Program-made: the position numbers and the translations under genes
DNA from: Candidatus Bathyarchaeota archaeon
GTDB taxonomy: Archaea > Thermoproteota > Bathyarchaeia > Bathyarchaeales > Bathycorpusculaceae
Reading direction: 5' to 3'
NCBI GenBank assembly: GCA_963770935.1
Contig: CAVYRJ010000008.1
Span: 64,001-128,000 of the forward strand
DNA: 64,000 bases
Shown here: in pieces, positions 1-9,643 of the stretch
Position numbering within the stretch: the stretch's first letter is position 1
How the letters are laid out: each line of letters begins with the position of its first letter
The notes under the pieces: model-generated
The model's database searches: none
Seen by the model: the letters and a program-made list of their open reading frames with translations, nothing else
Told to the model about the DNA's origin: nothing

Positions 1-141
1 ATAAGAATAGATTCCAAACCGTAAAGCCGATAGCTAAGACCCATCGCTTACCTCTCATTAACCTTATAAAAAACGACACTATTAGCATCTCATATTCCAT
101 TATCCGAATAGGGTAAAGGAAGAGAGAGGGGGAAATAGAAA

Positions 142-315
142 ATAAGTCAAAACGAGAAAAGAATTGAAATTAGTGATAGAAGAAACTATAGAATAGACAT
201 AGGCGCTTATGGCAGCATAGGCATAGAAGCTCCAACAAAAGAAGAATGTTTAGAGCTATTCAAGGAAGTAACAAGAACCAAACGACATTCAAGCATAGAT
301 GAAGCCATAAGATAA
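142..315 (+). CDS. small hypothetical protein (57 aa, no canonical start codon)
   Basis: Hand translation: ISQNEKRIEISDRRNYRIDIGAYGSIGIEAPTKEECLELFKEVTRTKRHSSIDEAIR*. Begins at ATA just after an in-frame TAG, with purine-rich sequence upstream and a T-tract downstream. Confidence 0.4.
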   Translation: MSQNEKRIEISDRRNYRIDIGAYGSIGIEAPTKEECLELFKEVTRTKRHSSIDEAIR

Positions 316-395
316 CTTGAGCGGCAATTTTTTTCCGCTATATGTCTTACTTTAGAGTTTTTGATTTGCTGCTAACTCTATACTCAGACTGTAAA

Positions 396-2084
396 CTATA
401 GGTAGGCGTCGATTACGTATCGGCGCATCATTCGGTGGCTGTTAAAGTAGTATGCTATTTTGCCAATCGAGTTCTTCATCATCTTGATCCATTCATCGTG
501 CCTATCATAGAACATTGGGGTGATGACGTATTCTAGTTTGTTGTAGATGTCCTCGGCCTCTTTCTGGAAAAGTGCCTGATTGTCCAAGGTATCGATGTTT
601 GGAGGCCCAATCGCCCAGCCAGTGAGGTTTTCTATCCAGCCTTCAATCCACCAGCCATCCAACACGCTGAAGTTGAGGACCCCGTTGTGTGCGGCTTTCA
701 TTCCGCTTGTTCCGGAAGCCTCCATCGGTCTTAGCGGCGTGTTAAGCCAAACATCAACGCCCCCAACCATCTTGGAGGCAATGCTCATACTATAATCTTC
801 CAAATATACAATTTCCATGTCGTCTTTGAGTTGTTTTGCATAACTGTAAATTTGCTCTATAAGTCGTTTTCCGCCTTCATCTCTGGGATGTGCTTTGCCA
901 GCAAATATGACTTGGAACCTGCCTTTCCGGCTAATCGTGCGCAATCGGGCAATGTTTGAAAACAACAAAGCGGGTCTCTTGTACTCTGTTGCTCTCCTAG
1001 CAAAACCCAAAGTGAACATATCAGAACTTAGATTAGCGTTTGTTGCTTGGTTAGCATAGTCTATTAGTATCCGTTTTTGTTCTTCGTGAGCTTGCCAGAT
1101 TTCACAGTCAGGAATTAAGTCAACCTTAGCCAACAACTCTGGCTCAATTGCCCAACCAGGTAAATACTGGTCAAAAATTTTACGGTAACTCTCACCTGTC
1201 CAAGTAAACGAGTGAACCCCGTTTGTTACCGCGTGAATTTCATAGCCCGCAAACATTTTGCTTGAAATTTCTTGGTGACGTTTAGCTACACCGTTAACGT
1301 AGTTGCTTAGGTTAAGCGCCAAGCAAGTCATGTTTAACCTGTCGCAGCCGCCATACTCCTTTAAAATGGCCAAATCAACTGTTCCGACGATTTGCTCAAC
1401 TAAGTCGTAGCTAAATTTGTCATGTCCAGCGTCTACAGGTGTGTGAGTGGTAAAGACGCAAAGCTCCTTTACTTTCTCTGGGTCAGAACCGTTCTTCCGC
1501 AATAACTCAACCGCTAACAGACTCGAGTGACCTTCGTTCATATGGTATTTTCTAACCCTAAAACCCAACGCCTCGAGCATCCGGACACCGCCAAAACCTA
1601 AAATTGCCTCCTGTGAGAGACGGTACTTCTCGTTTCCGCCATACAAGTAAAAGGTTATTTCTCTGTCTTCAGGTGTATTTCCGTCACAATCCGTATCCAA
1701 AAACAGGACTGGAACAACCCCACCAGTCATACTTTGATACTTGTAGAGCCATGCCTTAACCTTAACGTCCCGCCTTTCAATCTGTACGAAGACCTGATTT
1801 GGCAGAAGCGTCATGTATTTTTCAGGGTCCCACTCTCTGGGTTGCTCGGATTGTCTTCCGTTTTGGTCAAGTTTTTGCCTGAAATAGTTTCGTTTACTAA
1901 TCAAGGTTACTGCGACCAGGGGGAGTTTTAGGTCTGCGCTTGAACGGATTGCATCGCCTGCCAAAGTGCCTAACCCACCTGCATATGTTGGAATTTCACT
2001 TGTTAAGCCCACTTCCATTGAGAAATAAGCAATCTTCTGTCCTTTCAGTACACCCTCTAACTCATCCATCACTTGTTCCCCCAC
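396..2084 (-). CDS. glgP: alpha-glucan (glycogen/starch) phosphorylase, GT35
   Basis: YFSMEVGL, YAGGLGTLAGD, HMNEGH, FTTHTP, GFARRATEYKR, and the PLP-lysine motif EASGTSGMKAA. Confidence 0.95.
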   Translation of the reverse strand: MGEQVMDELEGVLKGQKIAYFSMEVGLTSEIPTYAGGLGTLAGDAIRSSADLKLPLVAVTLISKRNYFRQKLDQNGRQSEQPREWDPEKYMTLLPNQVFVQIERRDVKVKAWLYKYQSMTGGVVPVLFLDTDCDGNTPEDREITFYLYGGNEKYRLSQEAILGFGGVRMLEALGFRVRKYHMNEGHSSLLAVELLRKNGSDPEKVKELCVFTTHTPVDAGHDKFSYDLVEQIVGTVDLAILKEYGGCDRLNMTCLALNLSNYVNGVAKRHQEISSKMFAGYEIHAVTNGVHSFTWTGESYRKIFDQYLPGWAIEPELLAKVDLIPDCEIWQAHEEQKRILIDYANQATNANLSSDMFTLGFARRATEYKRPALLFSNIARLRTISRKGRFQVIFAGKAHPRDEGGKRLIEQIYSYAKQLKDDMEIVYLEDYSMSIASKMVGGVDVWLNTPLRPMEASGTSGMKAAHNGVLNFSVLDGWWIEGWIENLTGWAIGPPNIDTLDNQALFQKEAEDIYNKLEYVITPMFYDRHDEWIKMMKNSIGKIAYYFNSHRMMRRYVIDAYL

Positions 2085-2210
2085 TTAACTGCTAACCTGC
2101 TCCCTCACGTGGCAGCGTTAAATCTATTCTTGCATTGGATTCTTAATCTATCTTTCCATAAGCCCAGAATGATAGCATATAATTCTAAACAAGAAAAAAA
2201 GAAAGTGAAT

Positions 2211-3353
2211 TTATGTTACAGGTGCAGGACGAGATCCCAAAACCACGGTCACAGGAATCTGCGAGCTACCCCTAACCACAGTCAAGACTAGACTATCCCC
2301 TGGAAGAGTATATTCCTCCAAGTAGCTTGCTAAATCATCGTTGTTTTTTATGGGTTGACCGTTCATGGCTATGATGATGTCACCCACAGCGATTATTCCA
2401 TCTGAGGGCCCGCCTCCTGTTACTGACACAATTTGCCAGCCATAAGTGACACTTGCACCTGTTTCTTGGGCTAAATTATAAGTCATGTCTTGTCCCGTCA
2501 CCCCCAAATAGGAGTGACCATGGTAGGAGCCAGTGGTTGTCAAAGCAGACACTTCCCTAAGTATCGTATCAGATGGGATAGCGAAACCTAATCCTTGAGA
2601 TTCAGAAACTATGGCTGTCGTTATGCCTACGACGTTTCCAACAGCGTTAAGGAGCGGACCGCCTGAGTTTCCAGGGTTTATAGGTGTGCTGGTCTGAATG
2701 ATGTTGGCGATTGCGAATCCTCCTGCCGTATCTTCAGTTATAGTTCGCCCTGTGGCACTAACAACGCCTGTGGTTAGGGAACCCACGAGTCCATATGGGT
2801 TGCCTATTGCAATGACAAGTTCACCTACACCTAATGTTGACGAGCTTACGATTGTTAACGGCTTGAACTCAGAGGCAGGTGCATCAGAGGAAACAGAAAC
2901 AACTGCTAAATCGGAGTATGCGTCGGTTCCAAGAACAGTGGCTGAATATCCATGTCCATTTGAAAAAGTAACGCTTAAATTGGTTGTATCTTGGACAACA
3001 TGGTAATTAGTTAATACAACACTTCGACCAGCAAAATCGTAAACAAATCCTGAGCCCTGTACCCCTCCATCTGGAGTTTCACCTTGAACCAAAACCACCG
3101 AAGCTGCAACATTATTGTATATTTCAGCTAAAGAAGTCCCATTTTGTAATATGGTGATGTTTTGGTAAGTGGCGTTTTGGGAGCCTCGAAGATCTGAAAC
3201 TTGACTTTGCAAAATTGCAACTTGACGGTTTAGAGAAGAAACTGGTGAGTAAGTAACAAAAAATATCAGAAGTCCTCCAGCCAGCAATCCTGCAACGAAG
3301 AGTAGAAGGAGGATGCTGGCTGATGCTTTATTGCAGTCTTTAACTGGAAACAT
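2211..3353 (-). CDS. membrane-anchored HtrA/DegP-like serine protease with PDZ domain
   Basis: N-terminal TM helix, GSGF, TNYHVV (His), DLAVV (Asp), GNSGGPL (Ser), C-terminal PDZ (YLGV...GDIIIAMNG). Confidence 0.93.
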   Translation of the reverse strand: MFPVKDCNKASASILLLLFVAGLLAGGLLIFFVTYSPVSSLNRQVAILQSQVSDLRGSQNATYQNITILQNGTSLAEIYNNVAASVVLVQGETPDGGVQGSGFVYDFAGRSVVLTNYHVVQDTTNLSVTFSNGHGYSATVLGTDAYSDLAVVSVSSDAPASEFKPLTIVSSSTLGVGELVIAIGNPYGLVGSLTTGVVSATGRTITEDTAGGFAIANIIQTSTPINPGNSGGPLLNAVGNVVGITTAIVSESQGLGFAIPSDTILREVSALTTTGSYHGHSYLGVTGQDMTYNLAQETGASVTYGWQIVSVTGGGPSDGIIAVGDIIIAMNGQPIKNNDDLASYLEEYTLPGDSLVLTVVRGSSQIPVTVVLGSRPAPVT

Positions 3354-3398
3354 GCACTTGCCTCGAATGAGGATTAACGATTAAGAAAATAAAAGTTG

Positions 3399-4421
3399 CT
3401 ATGCCCTACGATCTATAAGGTCCAAAGCATCTGGTCCTGTACCTATGAACATGATGGGCACACCTGTTCGGGTTTCAACTTCTTTTATGAATTCTTTCGC
3501 ATCCTTGGACAAGTCGTCATATTTTCTTGAGCCTTTGCATTCTGGGTAGATGATGTCAAGTTTTGTCAGAGCAGCCTGCGTGGCACCATTAATTTTTGCA
3601 GTTTTCTTGGCTAATTCAAAGTCGAAGGGGGCACTGCGTCGGTCGCGTCCTGTGCCCGCTGCAACCTCAAACCAGCCACGTTTCAGCGCTTCTTCCTTGG
3701 TTATCTCTCCAGGAAGTGGTCCTGCACCTACTCGTGTAATAAATGACTTGTAAACGATTATTACGTCGTCAACGCGTGTGGGTCCGACGCCTGCTTCTGA
3801 GGCAATGGCAGATGCGCCCGTATCTCTGGCAGTTACGTATGGGTAGCCGCCGCCAAGGAAAAGCGACAGCATAAAACCCTGAGTGCCTTCTAGGAGCACA
3901 CTTTTTCCAGCATCCAACCCATCATTTACTTCCATTATTCCGTCGGCGAGGTAGGGTTTAAGTTCTGGGATATCGTGGGCGAGTTTGGCGGTGCGCCTTA
4001 CACGTTCTTCTAGGGCGGGTCCAACGCCTCTTCCTGTGGTTCCTATGCCTTTGTTGACGGCGCTTGCCTTGTCTTGTTCGCAATGTTTCTGCTCGATTAT
4101 GGAGGCGTTCTGGTCTACGCCCATTCTTTTTTGGTCCACTCGAGTGAGGGCTACCTCGTCAAGAAATGTTTTAACATCGACGTTTGCTCCTGCTGCGATC
4201 AGTAAGCGGGTTTTGGGGTTTATGAATGCTGCGGGAACCATGTGTAGGGCGTATTTTTTGCCTTCAAACCAGACAGTGTGCGCGGCATTCACTGAACCAG
4301 TTCGAACGCAAAAATCAAGGTTATCTTTGAGGGCTAAGTAGGAGATTATTTTTCCTTTACCTTCGTCTCCCCAGAAGGCACCAACAATTACTGAGCAAGG
4401 CATAACGGTTTCACCTTGCAT
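3399..4421 (-). CDS. purA: adenylosuccinate synthetase (short archaeal type)
   Basis: GAFWGDEGKGK, GTTGRGVGP, EGTQG, YPYVT, TKLD motifs. The real start is probably MPCSV, 6 codons in. Confidence 0.95.
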   Translation of the reverse strand: MQGETVMPCSVIVGAFWGDEGKGKIISYLALKDNLDFCVRTGSVNAAHTVWFEGKKYALHMVPAAFINPKTRLLIAAGANVDVKTFLDEVALTRVDQKRMGVDQNASIIEQKHCEQDKASAVNKGIGTTGRGVGPALEERVRRTAKLAHDIPELKPYLADGIMEVNDGLDAGKSVLLEGTQGFMLSLFLGGGYPYVTARDTGASAIASEAGVGPTRVDDVIIVYKSFITRVGAGPLPGEITKEEALKRGWFEVAAGTGRDRRSAPFDFELAKKTAKINGATQAALTKLDIIYPECKGSRKYDDLSKDAKEFIKEVETRTGVPIMFIGTGPDALDLIDRRA

Positions 4422-4466
4422 GAGTCAGTTTAAGAATTATTTAAAGTTGTAGGCTTTTTAGGCTGA

Positions 4467-4649
4467 TTATTTCTTTGAGTGTTTTTTATCTTCAGTTATT
4501 AGTTCAGACAGGCGGTAGGTGATGTAGGCTGAGAAGCTTCGGATGCCTTTTTTTATGGCGTATTCCTCTTTGACTTTGAGCCATTGGTTGAAGAAATAAT
4601 CGTAAACCTCAGTCTTCACAGTGATGCTTTTGTAGCCTTTTTTCGGCGT
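4467..4649 (-). CDS. small RHH-like DNA-binding protein (60 aa)
   Basis: Hand translation: (T/M)PKKGYKSITVKTEVYDYFFNQWLKVKEEYAIKKGIRSFSAYITYRLSELITEDKKHSKK*. ACG sits at the expected start position behind a GGGGGA RBS. Confidence 0.7.
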   Translation of the reverse strand, partial: TPKKGYKSITVKTEVYDYFFNQWLKVKEEYAIKKGIRSFSAYITYRLSELITEDKKHSKK

Positions 4650-4770
4650 TTGTGTTCCCCCTAACCCTATACCGAACGTACATTTATTTAAGGTTTAACA
4701 ATCTTGCGCTAACTTACCGTTAATTATATATTTAGAGAGTACCGTAAAGTACCGAGAGGAGATTCGACTT
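4650..4770. promoter_or_regulatory. divergent promoter region with four TACCG repeats (candidate RHH operator)
   Basis: ctaTACCGaa, ctTACCGtt and agTACCGtaaagTACCGag, plus AT-rich TATA-like boxes (TTTATTTAA, TTATATATTT) between two divergent RHH-like genes. Confidence 0.5.
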
Positions 4771-4917
4771 TTGCCACGCAAAGGTTATAAGTGCATAACA
4801 GTGACGGAAAAAGTTCACGGAGACATTAACAATAGAGCTAAGGAAACCAACCGCACTATGAAAGATTATATCGAATATTTAATGGCAAAGGAAAGGGTTA
4901 CTAAAGAAGGCAACTGA
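4771..4917 (+). CDS. small RHH-like DNA-binding protein (48 aa)
   Basis: TTG start after GAGGAG. MPRKGYKCITVTEKVHGDINNRAKETNRTMKDYIEYLMAKERVTKEGN* has a beta-strand plus two-helix pattern. Confidence 0.72.
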   Translation: MPRKGYKCITVTEKVHGDINNRAKETNRTMKDYIEYLMAKERVTKEGN

Positions 4918-4920
4918 TTT

Positions 4921-5100
4921 TTGCCTATAAAGATTCTCCAAAATAACGAACGCGTTGCTGAAGTGCAATTTATTTGTGACTTCTGCGGTAAACTGATGCG
5001 AACATGCGTGGTTCCACAAAGCGACTTGGAAGCTGAAAAAAACAAAGCGGTAGCATGCTGGCAATGTAAACAGCCAAATCATGCAAGCAAAAAATCATAG
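4921..5100 (+). CDS. small zinc-finger protein (59 aa, CxxC...CxxC)
   Basis: MPIKILQNNERVAEVQFICDFCGKLMRTCVVPQSDLEAEKNKAVACWQCKQPNHASKKS*. Starts 3 nt after the upstream stop. Confidence 0.65.
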   Translation: MPIKILQNNERVAEVQFICDFCGKLMRTCVVPQSDLEAEKNKAVACWQCKQPNHASKKS

Positions 5101-5107
5101 AGACCCT

Positions 5108-5488
5108 TCAGATGCATCTGTCTAAAGCTTCGGAGTCGATTATCTCTAAAAGTTTAATCACTCTTTTGCCCTTGATGTTTTTTTCCGACTGAGTGATCGT
5201 CTTTCTAGACTGACAAATACTGTCTAAAATAATTCCGGTTTCTTCATCAAGAATAACAGGGTAAACTCTGCAGCCCGCTGGACGATCAAAATAAACGCTG
5301 CACCTACGATTTTTGAGGTCGTAGAAAATGCAGTAACCATGACGGTTTTTCAACTGTACGTAGCCTTTCTTATCATAATTAACAAATTGGTTTTGGCTAA
5401 AACCCTTCTTTTCTAAGCGTTCGATGTCTTTTTTGGAGAGCAGCATTTCGGTTTCTGTGCAACAGACTCCACAGTTTGAGCAATGCAT
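5108..5488 (-). CDS. YkgJ-family (CxxCxxCC) cysteine cluster protein
   Basis: CSNCGVCC, YCIFYD, RCSVY, RPAGCRVYP. Start placed at MHCSNC. Confidence 0.88.
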   Translation of the reverse strand: MHCSNCGVCCTETEMLLSKKDIERLEKKGFSQNQFVNYDKKGYVQLKNRHGYCIFYDLKNRRCSVYFDRPAGCRVYPVILDEETGIILDSICQSRKTITQSEKNIKGKRVIKLLEIIDSEALDRCI

Positions 5489-5541
5489 AAACGGTGAAGT
5501 GTTAGGCTGGTATTTGTGTTTTATCTTAAAATTCAGTTTTT

Positions 5542-5781
5542 TCAGGCAGGGTTTTTCATCAGGTTTATATTTAGCATTTCTGCCCATGCAATGTTTCTAA
5601 GCGGTACACGGGTGGCTTTGCGGTTACCAGGGGGAGAATACTCGATCAGGTTGTTGTTTTTTCCTACGCCCTTATAGAGCTTTGTTAATTGTACGTTTAT
5701 TATTACTGCGCCATCTTTCAGGTGGAGGTTAACGTTTCTTCCTATGTAAGATCTTGCGCTGTTGGCGCTGAAACTTTCCAT
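5542..5781 (-). CDS. small hypothetical protein, possible Sm/LSm-like beta-barrel
   Basis: YIGRNVNLHLKDG...VPLRNIAWAE resembles the Sm1/Sm2 strand pattern. Confidence 0.55.
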   Translation of the reverse strand: MESFSANSARSYIGRNVNLHLKDGAVIINVQLTKLYKGVGKNNNLIEYSPPGNRKATRVPLRNIAWAEMLNINLMKNPA

Positions 5782-5784
5782 TTT

Positions 5785-5922
5785 TTACCAGTCCTCTTCT
5801 TGGTCAGAGATTTTGCTCCAGCATTGTTGGCATATTGGTAGGTTTTCGCCTTTTATTTGGATGTAGAGTTTTATATTTTCGTTTTTGCAGATGTCTCGCC
5901 AGGGGTTTTTGCAATGTTCCAT
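5785..5922 (-). CDS. small Cys-rich protein (45 aa)
   Basis: MEHCKNPWRDICKNENIKLYIQIKGENLPICQQCWSKISDQEEDW*. ATG start with upstream GAGGA; the stop lies 3 nt before the next gene. Confidence 0.7.
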   Translation of the reverse strand: MEHCKNPWRDICKNENIKLYIQIKGENLPICQQCWSKISDQEEDW

Positions 5923-6045
5923 TTCTCTTATCCTCAATATACCCGTTATGTTTTTTGCTTTTAAGTCGCTCTAAGAAACGACTATTGGATAGCTGGGGAG
6001 GGGTGTGTGAAAGTAAACTTTATACGCTTAGTTTTATATTTGTAA

Positions 6046-6510
6046 GTGATGCTTTTAATGGCTCTCTTAAATAATCCTGTTGCTCTTACAATAACAGCCA
6101 GTTTAATAATACAAATTATTGTTTTGTTTTTGCTTATTTATGGGTACTTTTTGAAGCGAAAATTAAAGTTCAGGCAACACGGAATTACCATGACAGTGGC
6201 GTTTATTTTGCATCTGTCACTGGTTTTTTATGTGATGATTCCGTCTTTTGTTTGGGCAGTAGTTCCAGAGTATATTGTGCCAACTCCTTTAGGGATACAT
6301 TCTGTCGTGGGAATAATCCATGGAATCCTTGGAATCATAGCTTTGTTACTGGGTGCTTATTTAGTTGGATCCTGGCGATTGAGCAAAAACATTCAAGGGT
6401 GCATAAATAGGAAAAAATTTATGTTTAAAACTTTAACTGTTTGGATTGCAACTTTAGTTTTTGGAATAATTCTTTACTCGATTTTTATTGGACCTGTTTT
6501 GAACGCTTAA
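6046..6510 (+). CDS. DUF420-like four-TM membrane protein
   Basis: Four hydrophobic helices with His residues (RQHG, ILHL, IIHG). Confidence 0.7.
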   Translation: MMLLMALLNNPVALTITASLIIQIIVLFLLIYGYFLKRKLKFRQHGITMTVAFILHLSLVFYVMIPSFVWAVVPEYIVPTPLGIHSVVGIIHGILGIIALLLGAYLVGSWRLSKNIQGCINRKKFMFKTLTVWIATLVFGIILYSIFIGPVLNA

Positions 6511-7067
6511 AGTTCAACTATTTGCGGGGTGATGGTTTCCTTGTTGATTTTCAGCAATCCGACTGAAGGCTTAACCATAATAGACGGTGGTTCAGTTGGG
6601 CTGCCGGGGTTAATGTGGAGGACTTTGCCTTCCCACTTAATGTCAGCAACATGCGTGTGCCCATAAACAAAAACGTCAAATTCCTTCTTTGTTGCATTTT
6701 CGTTCGCTTTGTTTGATTCAAAGAGAATGTTTTGGTCATGAGTAACGCCGATTTTCCAATCGAAAATTTTTAGGGAGTTAAATCTCGGAAGCGCGTTCGA
6801 AGCTTCTAAACCATCCATGTTGCCGTGAACGGCCAAAACTGGCGCAATCGTCTCCAACTCATCTACCACTGCAAGTTCAACTAAATCACCAGCATGAATA
6901 ATGTAGTCTACCTTTTCGAAGATTTCAAAAACTCTTTTAGGAATACACATGGCTCTTTTGGGTACATGGGTGTCGGAGATTAAGCCAACGGTTTTGGTGA
7001 CTTTGAAGATTGGGGGTTCCTTTTTTGCTATCGTTTGTCCACCGAGCATTTTTGGGTTGCCTCTCAA
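6507..7067 (-). CDS. YfcE/MJ0936-family metallophosphoesterase
   Basis: SDTH, HAGD, GNMD, VTH, GHTH, NPGS motifs. The real start may be slightly downstream. Confidence 0.9.
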   Translation of the reverse strand: MRGNPKMLGGQTIAKKEPPIFKVTKTVGLISDTHVPKRAMCIPKRVFEIFEKVDYIIHAGDLVELAVVDELETIAPVLAVHGNMDGLEASNALPRFNSLKIFDWKIGVTHDQNILFESNKANENATKKEFDVFVYGHTHVADIKWEGKVLHINPGSPTEPPSIMVKPSVGLLKINKETITPQIVEL

Positions 7068-7153
7068 ACAGGCGAGTCTATTGTTGATTATATGGTGTTT
7101 GGCAATAAATATTCAACTGTTAAGAAGGACAGAAAGAAGGTGGTGAGAACTTG

Positions 7154-8512
7154 TTAAGTCATGAATCTCTTAACAGCCTCGTAGAAAATGCTTGTTCCAA
7201 AAACAAGGTTCTCCACAGTTATGCGTTCGTCAATGCCATGCATACGCTTTTCCAACATATCGTTAGGTTCATCTGGCCGCATCGGGTGAAAACCATAGCA
7301 TACACTTCCTGTTTCTCTAAAAAAGCGCGAATCAGTCCCGCCTGTTGTCAATGTTGGCGTTACTCCGCAACTAGGTTCAAACTCTCTTAGAACACCTGTT
7401 ATGGCATTATAGAGCGGCGTTTGTGTGGTTGATTCGTTTCCGTCATGCATCTGCATAATCTCAAAACTTAACTTGTCCATGCCCAAATCCCCGAGCAAGC
7501 CTTTAATTAGAGACAGCGTTTCATCCACGCTCTGTCCAGGCAGAACTCTGCAATCGAAGACTACTTCGCATTCGGATGGAATTATGTTTTCTTTTATGCC
7601 ACCGTGAATCATGGTTGGGGTTATGGTTGTTTTGGTTCGGGGTCGGATTTCTTCAGCCAACGCCTTTTCTGTTTTGCCTAATTCGTCAAGGATTTGTTCG
7701 CTTTGCGCGGGGTTATTTAGTAAACTAGAAAAGTGCCTTTCAAGGTCAGGGTTAATTTTTGCCACTTCTGTTAAAAACTGCTTAAGCGTTGGTACATAAA
7801 ATGTTTCTGGCTGGTATTTGCCGATTCTAGTTATAACTTTGTTAATGCGCACAATTGCGTTATCAGCCATGTTTGGGGTAGAGCCGTGTCCGGGGGTTCC
7901 TTTGGCTTTTATTCTAAGCCACAAAATGCCTTTCTCGGCGGTCTGCACTGGATAGACATTTCCTTTTTTCTGAGGTATAGCTAATCCCCCACCTTCGTTG
8001 AGAACATATGGACACCAAATTTTTTCTTTGTGGTGCTTTAGCAGATAGCCTGCGCCTTCTTCTCCGCCTTTTTCCTCGTCAGCAGTGGCTGCCAGCACAA
8101 CGTCGCCTTTAAGCGGGATGTTATTTCTCTTAAGGAGCAAAAGGGTTAAAACTTCAATGGCAGTCATGCCTTTCATGTCGTATGCGCCTCTGCCATATAC
8201 GTAACCTTCTCTAATTGTTCCCGCGAAGGGGTCAATTGTCCATTCAGCCGGGTTTGCCGCCACAACGTCGATGTGTGAGAGTAGAAGTAGGTTGGGTTTT
8301 TCGCCTGAACCTTTAAGCCTTGTGATTACGCTGCCTCTACTTGGAGCTGACTCTATAACTTCTGTTTTAAAACCTTCATTAGACAGGTATTGAGCGATAA
8401 AGTTGGCTGCTGCTGTTTCGTTGCCAGGGGGGTTAGTTGTGTTTATCCGTATTAAATCGCTAAGAAAAAGCGTGATTTCTTGTTCAATCTCAGTTAACAT
8501 TTGTATTGGCAT
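7154..8512 (-). CDS. M20/M25/M40-family metallopeptidase/deacylase
   Basis: SHIDVV, GRGAYDMKG, DEE, NEGG, GGTD, HGIDE. Confidence 0.92.
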   Translation of the reverse strand: MPIQMLTEIEQEITLFLSDLIRINTTNPPGNETAAANFIAQYLSNEGFKTEVIESAPSRGSVITRLKGSGEKPNLLLLSHIDVVAANPAEWTIDPFAGTIREGYVYGRGAYDMKGMTAIEVLTLLLLKRNNIPLKGDVVLAATADEEKGGEEGAGYLLKHHKEKIWCPYVLNEGGGLAIPQKKGNVYPVQTAEKGILWLRIKAKGTPGHGSTPNMADNAIVRINKVITRIGKYQPETFYVPTLKQFLTEVAKINPDLERHFSSLLNNPAQSEQILDELGKTEKALAEEIRPRTKTTITPTMIHGGIKENIIPSECEVVFDCRVLPGQSVDETLSLIKGLLGDLGMDKLSFEIMQMHDGNESTTQTPLYNAITGVLREFEPSCGVTPTLTTGGTDSRFFRETGSVCYGFHPMRPDEPNDMLEKRMHGIDERITVENLVFGTSIFYEAVKRFMT

Positions 8513-8664
8513 GTATTTGGGGCTCCTGCATGTTAAGCACAGTTTTTTCTCTTAAGAGTTCCTGTTGTAGTGTGCCTTATGCTCTGGGAGCGGTTTTTAT
8601 TTATTCAACAATGATGTTTATATATGATGGCAAAAAATGCTATGGTTAGCTAAAAACGTTAAAG

Positions 8665-9183
8665 TTGATCGTAATGAAAGAGTTAAAACCGATAGATTAC
8701 AAAATATTGTTTGAGCTCATGAAGGACTCACATAGAAGCGATAGGCAACTTGCAAAAGCCTTGGGCGTTTCTCAACCCACAGTGACCCGAAGGCGTGCAA
8801 TGCTGGAAGAAAACTTTATCGAAGGGTACACTGTCATACCGAAATTTGGTCAAATTGGATTTGAAATTGCAGCTATAACATTTCTAAAGAGTAAACTAAA
8901 ATATGCAACGGGCGAGGAGAAGACTCAAGCAATAAAAGAAATGAGAGCTTGGTTCATGAAACAAACCAACGTGATTCTTGCTATGGACGGCAGAGGCATG
9001 GGTTGGGATACTGTTTGCATTTCGCTTCATGCAAACTTTGAGAACTTCGCAGAGTTCATCAGGAAGCTTGATTCGGAATTGTCCAATTGGGTAGTTGAAA
9101 GCCAAACTTTCAATGCTGACTTGAAGGGCGGAATAGTGATTAAGCCATTCCACCTCAAATACTTAGCATCTACCACGCAGTAG
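8665..9183 (+). CDS. Lrp/AsnC-family transcriptional regulator
   Basis: N-terminal HTH DYKILFELMKDSHRSDRQLAKALGVSQPTVTRRR, followed by IEGYT and a RAM-like C-terminus. Confidence 0.88.
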   Translation: MIVMKELKPIDYKILFELMKDSHRSDRQLAKALGVSQPTVTRRRAMLEENFIEGYTVIPKFGQIGFEIAAITFLKSKLKYATGEEKTQAIKEMRAWFMKQTNVILAMDGRGMGWDTVCISLHANFENFAEFIRKLDSELSNWVVESQTFNADLKGGIVIKPFHLKYLASTTQ

Positions 9184-9364
9184 ATTGTACCCAAAAACCC
9201 TGCCTCCCTCTCTTATACTATTTTTTCTTTTTTTGCAAGAGCAATTGTATTTTGGGTAACTATATCAGAAAACAACCAAGCTTCCTGCCCAACCGCAATT
9301 ATTAATAAAGTGAAAAATGAAGTTTGGATTCATAAGTTTTTTACATGTGTAATTAAACTTACCA

Positions 9365-9643
9365 ATGCGCGTGTATAAAATGATCAAAAATCAGCCACTA
9401 TTAGAACATAAAAGTAATTCAGGCGTGGAAACTATCACTCTAACATATCAAGAACTTGAAAATATACTTGGTTTGAAAATGCCTAAAACAGCGACAAACT
9501 ACAGGGCTTTTTGGGAGAACTCCAAAAATAGAAAGCGCGTCCAGAGTCTATTAGGATTATCATCTAGATACGCATGTAAGGTAAGACTCAAAGAAAGAGT
9601 AGTTATCTTTCAAAAAACACTTGATTATTGTTCAACTGAATAA
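9365..9643 (+). CDS. small DUF7662-like protein
   Basis: ITLTYQELENILGLKMPKTA...AFWEN...VIF pattern. Confidence 0.6.
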   Translation: MRVYKMIKNQPLLEHKSNSGVETITLTYQELENILGLKMPKTATNYRAFWENSKNRKRVQSLLGLSSRYACKVRLKERVVIFQKTLDYCSTE

